DNA from: Desulfovibrio sp.
Lineage (GTDB): Bacteria; Desulfobacterota; Desulfovibrionia; Desulfovibrionales; Desulfovibrionaceae
Assembly (NCBI GenBank): GCA_017613295.1
Contig: JAGAEE010000212.1
Coordinates: forward strand, 1-43,569
DNA length: 43,569 bases
Direction of reading: 5' to 3'
Shown: in pieces, positions 39,724 to 43,569 of the stretch
Layout: each line of letters opens with the position of its first letter
Numbering within the stretch: the first letter of the stretch is position 1
Notes under the pieces: model-generated
Databases searched by the model: none
What the model was told of the DNA's origin: nothing
Seen by the model: only the letters and a program-made list of their open reading frames with translations
Position numbers and translations under genes: made by a program

Positions 39724-40474
39724 TCTCGCCGCGATACCTCGTGACAGTGTATACTGTATAGGGGTCCCTGTGGTTGCCGACCGGGCTCTGCTGGAAGCCT
39801 GCCGACATCTTGTGGCGCCCGAAGAAATGTCACAAGCGTGCAGGTACGCACGCCTGGGTGATGCTGTCAGCCATCTGATGGGACGCGTGCTGGTACGTCA
39901 AGTTCTGCGAGCGACGTTTGGTCTTGAGGTGACAGAGCCGTTTCATGTCTCGCCATATGGTAAACCTTATTGTCCTCAATGTGCCGCTTTCTTTTCCATC
40001 TCCCATTGTCACGATATGGTCTGGGTGGCCCTGTGCCGTGAAGGTGCCGTGGGAATCGACGTTGAAAACGTCTCTGCTTTGTCGGAGTTTTCGGAGATTG
40101 TGGCACATCTGCATCCGTCGGAGCGGGCGTATCTCCTTGATCTGGACGAAGGCGATCGGCCGGGGGCATACTGTCGCTGCTGGACGCGCAAGGAATCTGT
40201 TCTCAAGGCCGTGGGGCGAGGATTGAGCCTCCCTTTGGACGTCTTTGCGGTGGACGTCGGACCTGTTAAAGAAAACTGGATTGTCTCGTTGCCGGTGCCC
40301 TTACTGCCCGATGAAAAAGGCGCGGGTTTTTTGTCCGCTTTGACCGGACAATGGACAAGTGCTCAGGTGAAAACAGGTGAAAATCATTGCTGTAGCGTGG
40401 CAGTGGCCGCACCACATCGTAAGCTACGTGTGCTGTCGCTTATGGAGACCGTATGGGATCACGCCAGGGCTTGA
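39704..40474 (+). CDS. Sfp-type 4'-phosphopantetheinyl transferase
   Basis: YGKP, FSISH, VGIDVE, WTRKESVLKAVGRGL; start uncertain. Confidence 0.9.
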   Translation: MPEWVHSLAAIPRDSVYCIGVPVVADRALLEACRHLVAPEEMSQACRYARLGDAVSHLMGRVLVRQVLRATFGLEVTEPFHVSPYGKPYCPQCAAFFSISHCHDMVWVALCREGAVGIDVENVSALSEFSEIVAHLHPSERAYLLDLDEGDRPGAYCRCWTRKESVLKAVGRGLSLPLDVFAVDVGPVKENWIVSLPVPLLPDEKGAGFLSALTGQWTSAQVKTGENHCCSVAVAAPHRKLRVLSLMETVWDHARA

Positions 40475-40500
40475 CATGAATAGTCAGAACGGTTGATAAT
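40471..40500 (+). promoter_or_regulatory. Candidate sigma70 promoter for the GT2 gene
   Basis: Perfect TTGACA overlapping the PPTase stop, 18 nt spacer, then GATAAT. Confidence 0.55.
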
Positions 40501-40570
40501 AACATAATATGTATCGACACCGTGCTGATAAAGAGGCACGCATGCTCCCGGAGTCGCCAAGAAAGCTATC

Positions 40571-41452
40571 ATGCAAAGAGAATTTTCCCTCGTATTGGCA
40601 ACCATAGGCCGTTATCAGGAAGTCGAGGCTTTTTTACGATCCCTGGAGAATCAGACATACCGGGCGTTTTCGGTGATTCTTGTGGATCAGAATGCCGATG
40701 CCGCACTGCTTGCTCCCCTGATTGAGCGCAGTCCTTTGAAAATTTTGCGCATAACGAGTCCTAAAGGTCTTTCACGGGCAAGGAATGCCGGTTTGAGCCA
40801 TTGTCACGGCGATGTGGTGTGTTTCCCTGACGATGATTGTCAGTTCCCACCGGATCTGCTCGAGCGTGTCAACCTGGCCTATGAGCGTACCGGAGCCGAC
40901 GTGTTGGTAGGGCGGCAACTGGACATGCACGACAATAACGGATCCGTGCCGCCAACGCAGACAGGGCAGCTTCTGATGCGTTTTTTGCGCAGAGGCAAAT
41001 CAGAAGAAAGTTTGGAAAGCCTTTGCTGGAACGCTCCGTCGAGCGTCTTGTTTTTCAGCAGGAAGGCAGTGGCCTGCACGGGTTCCTTTGATGAAAGTAT
41101 GGGGGTTGGCGCCGGAACTCCCTGGGGATCTGGTGAAGAAACCGACTATCTTATACGGGCCTGTCTGCAAGGCTGTGTCTGTGTCCGTTGTCTCGATCTG
41201 TGTGTACACCATCCTTCCGTCGATTTGGGCCATCTTTGTCATAGCAAGGCCCGCGCCTACGGTCGCGGCCGAAGTTATCTGATCCGCAAACATCGTTTGG
41301 GGCGCATTTTTGCTTTGCTGAATATTATTTTCCCCCTGCTGAAGGCGGTGTACTTCTTGCCACATATCGAGATAGCACGATATTATCTCTATCTGGCCTG
41401 GGGAAGACTTGAAGGCTATTTTTTGCCCGCAGACACAGGCCATCAGCAATGA
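40571..41452 (+). CDS. Family 2 glycosyltransferase
   Basis: FSLVLATIGR, ILVDQ, GLSRARNAG, FPDDDC, FDE.MGVG...GSGEETD. Confidence 0.93.
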   Translation: MQREFSLVLATIGRYQEVEAFLRSLENQTYRAFSVILVDQNADAALLAPLIERSPLKILRITSPKGLSRARNAGLSHCHGDVVCFPDDDCQFPPDLLERVNLAYERTGADVLVGRQLDMHDNNGSVPPTQTGQLLMRFLRRGKSEESLESLCWNAPSSVLFFSRKAVACTGSFDESMGVGAGTPWGSGEETDYLIRACLQGCVCVRCLDLCVHHPSVDLGHLCHSKARAYGRGRSYLIRKHRLGRIFALLNIIFPLLKAVYFLPHIEIARYYLYLAWGRLEGYFLPADTGHQQ

Positions 41453-41503
41453 CGGCTGCCAGCCCCCTCAATAGCGGTAACATGCGACCTAGTGGTGTCT
41501 ATC

Positions 41504-42931
41504 TCAAGGATGGCTTGCGGCTTCCATGGCATGGCAAGCGACGCGTGCCGCCTCGTATAGGCCTTCGGCCAGGGTGGGGTGAGCGTGGACGGTTTGGGCA
41601 AGCTGTTGCACATTGAGTCCGGCGGTCAGGGCCAGACAGGCTTCCGCCACCATGTCGGAGGCATGAGCTCCAACAATATGCACCCCCAAAAGACGTCCGC
41701 TTTGGGTTTCGGCCACAACCTTGAAAAAACCTGGCAGTTCGCCCATGGCGTGGGCCTTGCCCAAGACTCGCATTGGCACCATGCCGCAGACGACGTTTCT
41801 TCCGGAGTCACGAGCCTGTGCCTCACTCAAGCCGACAGAGGCTATCTCCGGTGAGGTGAAGATGGCCGAAGGCATGGCGTCATACCGTACAGGTGCGGGG
41901 CTGGTGCACAGGGTTTCCACCACACGGAGCCCCTCCCACGCGGCCACATGGGCCAGCATGACGTGTTCTGGCCCCAGAATGTCGCCCACGGCGTAAATAC
42001 CGGGTACGGAGGTCTGCAAGGTTTCGTCCACGATAATCCAGCCGCGCTTGTTCACGGCAATGCCGGCCTCAGCCAGACCGAGTTGACGTGTGGCAGGAGA
42101 GCGTCCCACGGTCACCAGCACCATATCGGCGGCGACAGGCGTGCTTTCCGCGTTGGCGGATGGTGGCAAGAAAGGAGACGGGATCGCCGTGCCCTGGACG
42201 ATACCGTTTTCCACACGGACGTCTGTGAGGGTTTTGCCCGTGAGAATGCGGATTTTCTGCTTGCGCATCTCCTTTTGCAGCAGGGTGCGTACTTCCTGAT
42301 CCACGGAGGGCATGGGCAGCAGGGCGTCAAGACCTTCAATGATCGTGACATTGCTGCCAAAGGTGCGGTAAATGCTGGCCATTTCACAGCCGATGACGCC
42401 GCCGCCCACAATCACAATATTGGCGGGCACACGCTGCAGTTCAAGGGCGTCGTCGCTGCTCAGGATGTGAGTGTGGTCGAAAGACAGGCCGGGCAGAGGC
42501 TGCACATGGGAACCCGTGGCGATGATCACGGCATCACCCACGATATGGTTTTCCTTTCCCTCACTTTGTACCGAGACGGTATGGGCATCCACGATACGGC
42601 CCGTGCCTTGCAGCAGGGTGACCTTGAGGTGCGCACAGGTCTTTTCTAGGCCGTTTTGCAAGATGCTGATAATACGTTCTTTGCGTTCCCGGACAGCATT
42701 AAGGTCTATGGCAGGTGCTGAACAGCCAGTGATGCCGTATTCGGTCAGGCGGGTCGCCAGGGTCATGGCGTCGGCGCTGGCCCTAAGGGCCTTTGTGGGG
42801 ATGCAGCCATGGTTGAGGCAGGTGCCACCCAGGGCCTTCTGTTCGATCAGGGTGACGGTGCAGCCTCGTCGTGCCGCTTCAAAGGCCGCTGTATATCCTC
42901 CGGGGCCACCGCCGATGACGGTAATGCGCAT
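41504..42931 (-). CDS. lpdA: Dihydrolipoyl dehydrogenase
   Basis: IGGGPGGY, GGTCLNHGCIPTKAL, VGGGVIGCE, HAHPTLAE. Confidence 0.96.
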   Translation of the reverse strand: MRITVIGGGPGGYTAAFEAARRGCTVTLIEQKALGGTCLNHGCIPTKALRASADAMTLATRLTEYGITGCSAPAIDLNAVRERKERIISILQNGLEKTCAHLKVTLLQGTGRIVDAHTVSVQSEGKENHIVGDAVIIATGSHVQPLPGLSFDHTHILSSDDALELQRVPANIVIVGGGVIGCEMASIYRTFGSNVTIIEGLDALLPMPSVDQEVRTLLQKEMRKQKIRILTGKTLTDVRVENGIVQGTAIPSPFLPPSANAESTPVAADMVLVTVGRSPATRQLGLAEAGIAVNKRGWIIVDETLQTSVPGIYAVGDILGPEHVMLAHVAAWEGLRVVETLCTSPAPVRYDAMPSAIFTSPEIASVGLSEAQARDSGRNVVCGMVPMRVLGKAHAMGELPGFFKVVAETQSGRLLGVHIVGAHASDMVAEACLALTAGLNVQQLAQTVHAHPTLAEGLYEAARVACHAMEAASHP

Positions 42932-43031
42932 GGTGTTCTCCTGAAAAACGTGTCGGGACTGTGCATGACGAAAATACCATCTTGCGACGCTCGCGTCAAA
43001 GAATGCGTACGCACCGTCGCGTCAATGCCTG

Positions 43032-43569
43032 TCAGGACGTTTCCAGCACAACCATGTTTGCGGCCATGCCTGTCTCCCCGCTTGCATCTGGTGGTATGGG
43101 TACCTCAACGGAGAGCAAAGCCTCCATGTCCGCTGTGGTGACAGCACCGTTTTCTTCATTCAGCGGCGTTGCGGCTTCTGCCATTTCAGCGGGCAAGGTC
43201 TGCGAAAAATCCGTTTCCAGATCTTTGGCATCGGTGAGTGAAACCATTTCCTCATCTGGGGAAACATCGGCTTGCGTCTCCGTGTCGGCGGAGGGCAGGA
43301 CGCGGGCAGCAGGCTTTTGGGCGCCGAAAAGAAGGAAGCCCTGTTCAAGCGTGTGTTCGGCGGCTTCGGGCATAGGAGAGGACACGGGCGTATCAGGTTC
43401 ATGACGGAAAATCGTCTGGCATGCTTCAAGGTGATCGACGCTTTCCATGAGGTCTGGACCGAAGTCGTGGAAATCATTCCACCGGCAGTTGCGCAAGTGA
43501 TGTGGCGGTTCTCCAACTGGGGTCAGATCCGGAGCAAATGCCGAGAAGAATTCGCTTCCCGACTGAGGT
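43032..43569 (-). CDS. Hypothetical protein, C-terminal part with acidic low-complexity tail (5' end outside window)
   Basis: The reading frame stays open from 43568 to the stop at 43032; upstream of lpdA on the same strand. Confidence 0.6.
   Translation of the reverse strand, partial: PQSGSEFFSAFAPDLTPVGEPPHHLRNCRWNDFHDFGPDLMESVDHLEACQTIFRHEPDTPVSSPMPEAAEHTLEQGFLLFGAQKPAARVLPSADTETQADVSPDEEMVSLTDAKDLETDFSQTLPAEMAEAATPLNEENGAVTTADMEALLSVEVPIPPDASGETGMAANMVVLETS

Noticed and set aside
40497-40524. dif-like site on the minus strand (TACATA-TTATGTTATTA)
   Set aside because: Only the XerD-like arm matches; the XerC arm does not at 6-bp spacing, and the site overlaps a promoter -10 region.
1-43569. 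CRISPR array, tRNA/rRNA, integrase or prophage
   Set aside because: No periodic repeats, RNA-gene signatures or mobile-element ORFs seen; intergenic spaces are short and mostly accounted for.

Overview
A 43.6-kb chromosomal window of mostly housekeeping genes, probably from a Desulfovibrio-like deltaproteobacterium (inferred from the metal-LID Adk, class II RNR and orphan dnaA paralog). In order: thrS(3' end)-infC-rpmI-rplT-pheS-[orphan secreted ORF]-pheT-merR-rpe-tkt-pgk, then purM(-). Next come two convergent, translationally coupled operons: hypothetical-amrS-cobO(+) and M16 peptidase-sulfotransferase-cbiR-like-DHH(-). These are followed by a sigma54 promoter in front of a chimeric PIN-toxin remnant, adk(-), a SWIM-SNF2 helicase(-), a solo peptide-binding protein, an unknown secreted protein(-), nrdJ, a YdjM-like hydrolase, rfbA-rfbC, a SprA-like gene, argB(-), priA, a FadL-type and a small beta-barrel outer-membrane protein, an AT-rich region, a DnaA paralog, an Sfp-type PPTase, a GT2, lpdA(-) and a truncated ORF. 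I found no rRNA, tRNA, CRISPR array or intact mobile element. The best leads are: (1) the DnaA paralog, which lacks the arginine finger and sensor I and sits behind an origin-like region; (2) a possible cobamide-remodelling cluster with unexpected partner genes; (3) an intact sigma54 enhancer-promoter driving a decayed fusion ORF; (4) structured spacers around rpmI-rplT. All calls come from reading the sequence; no searches were run.
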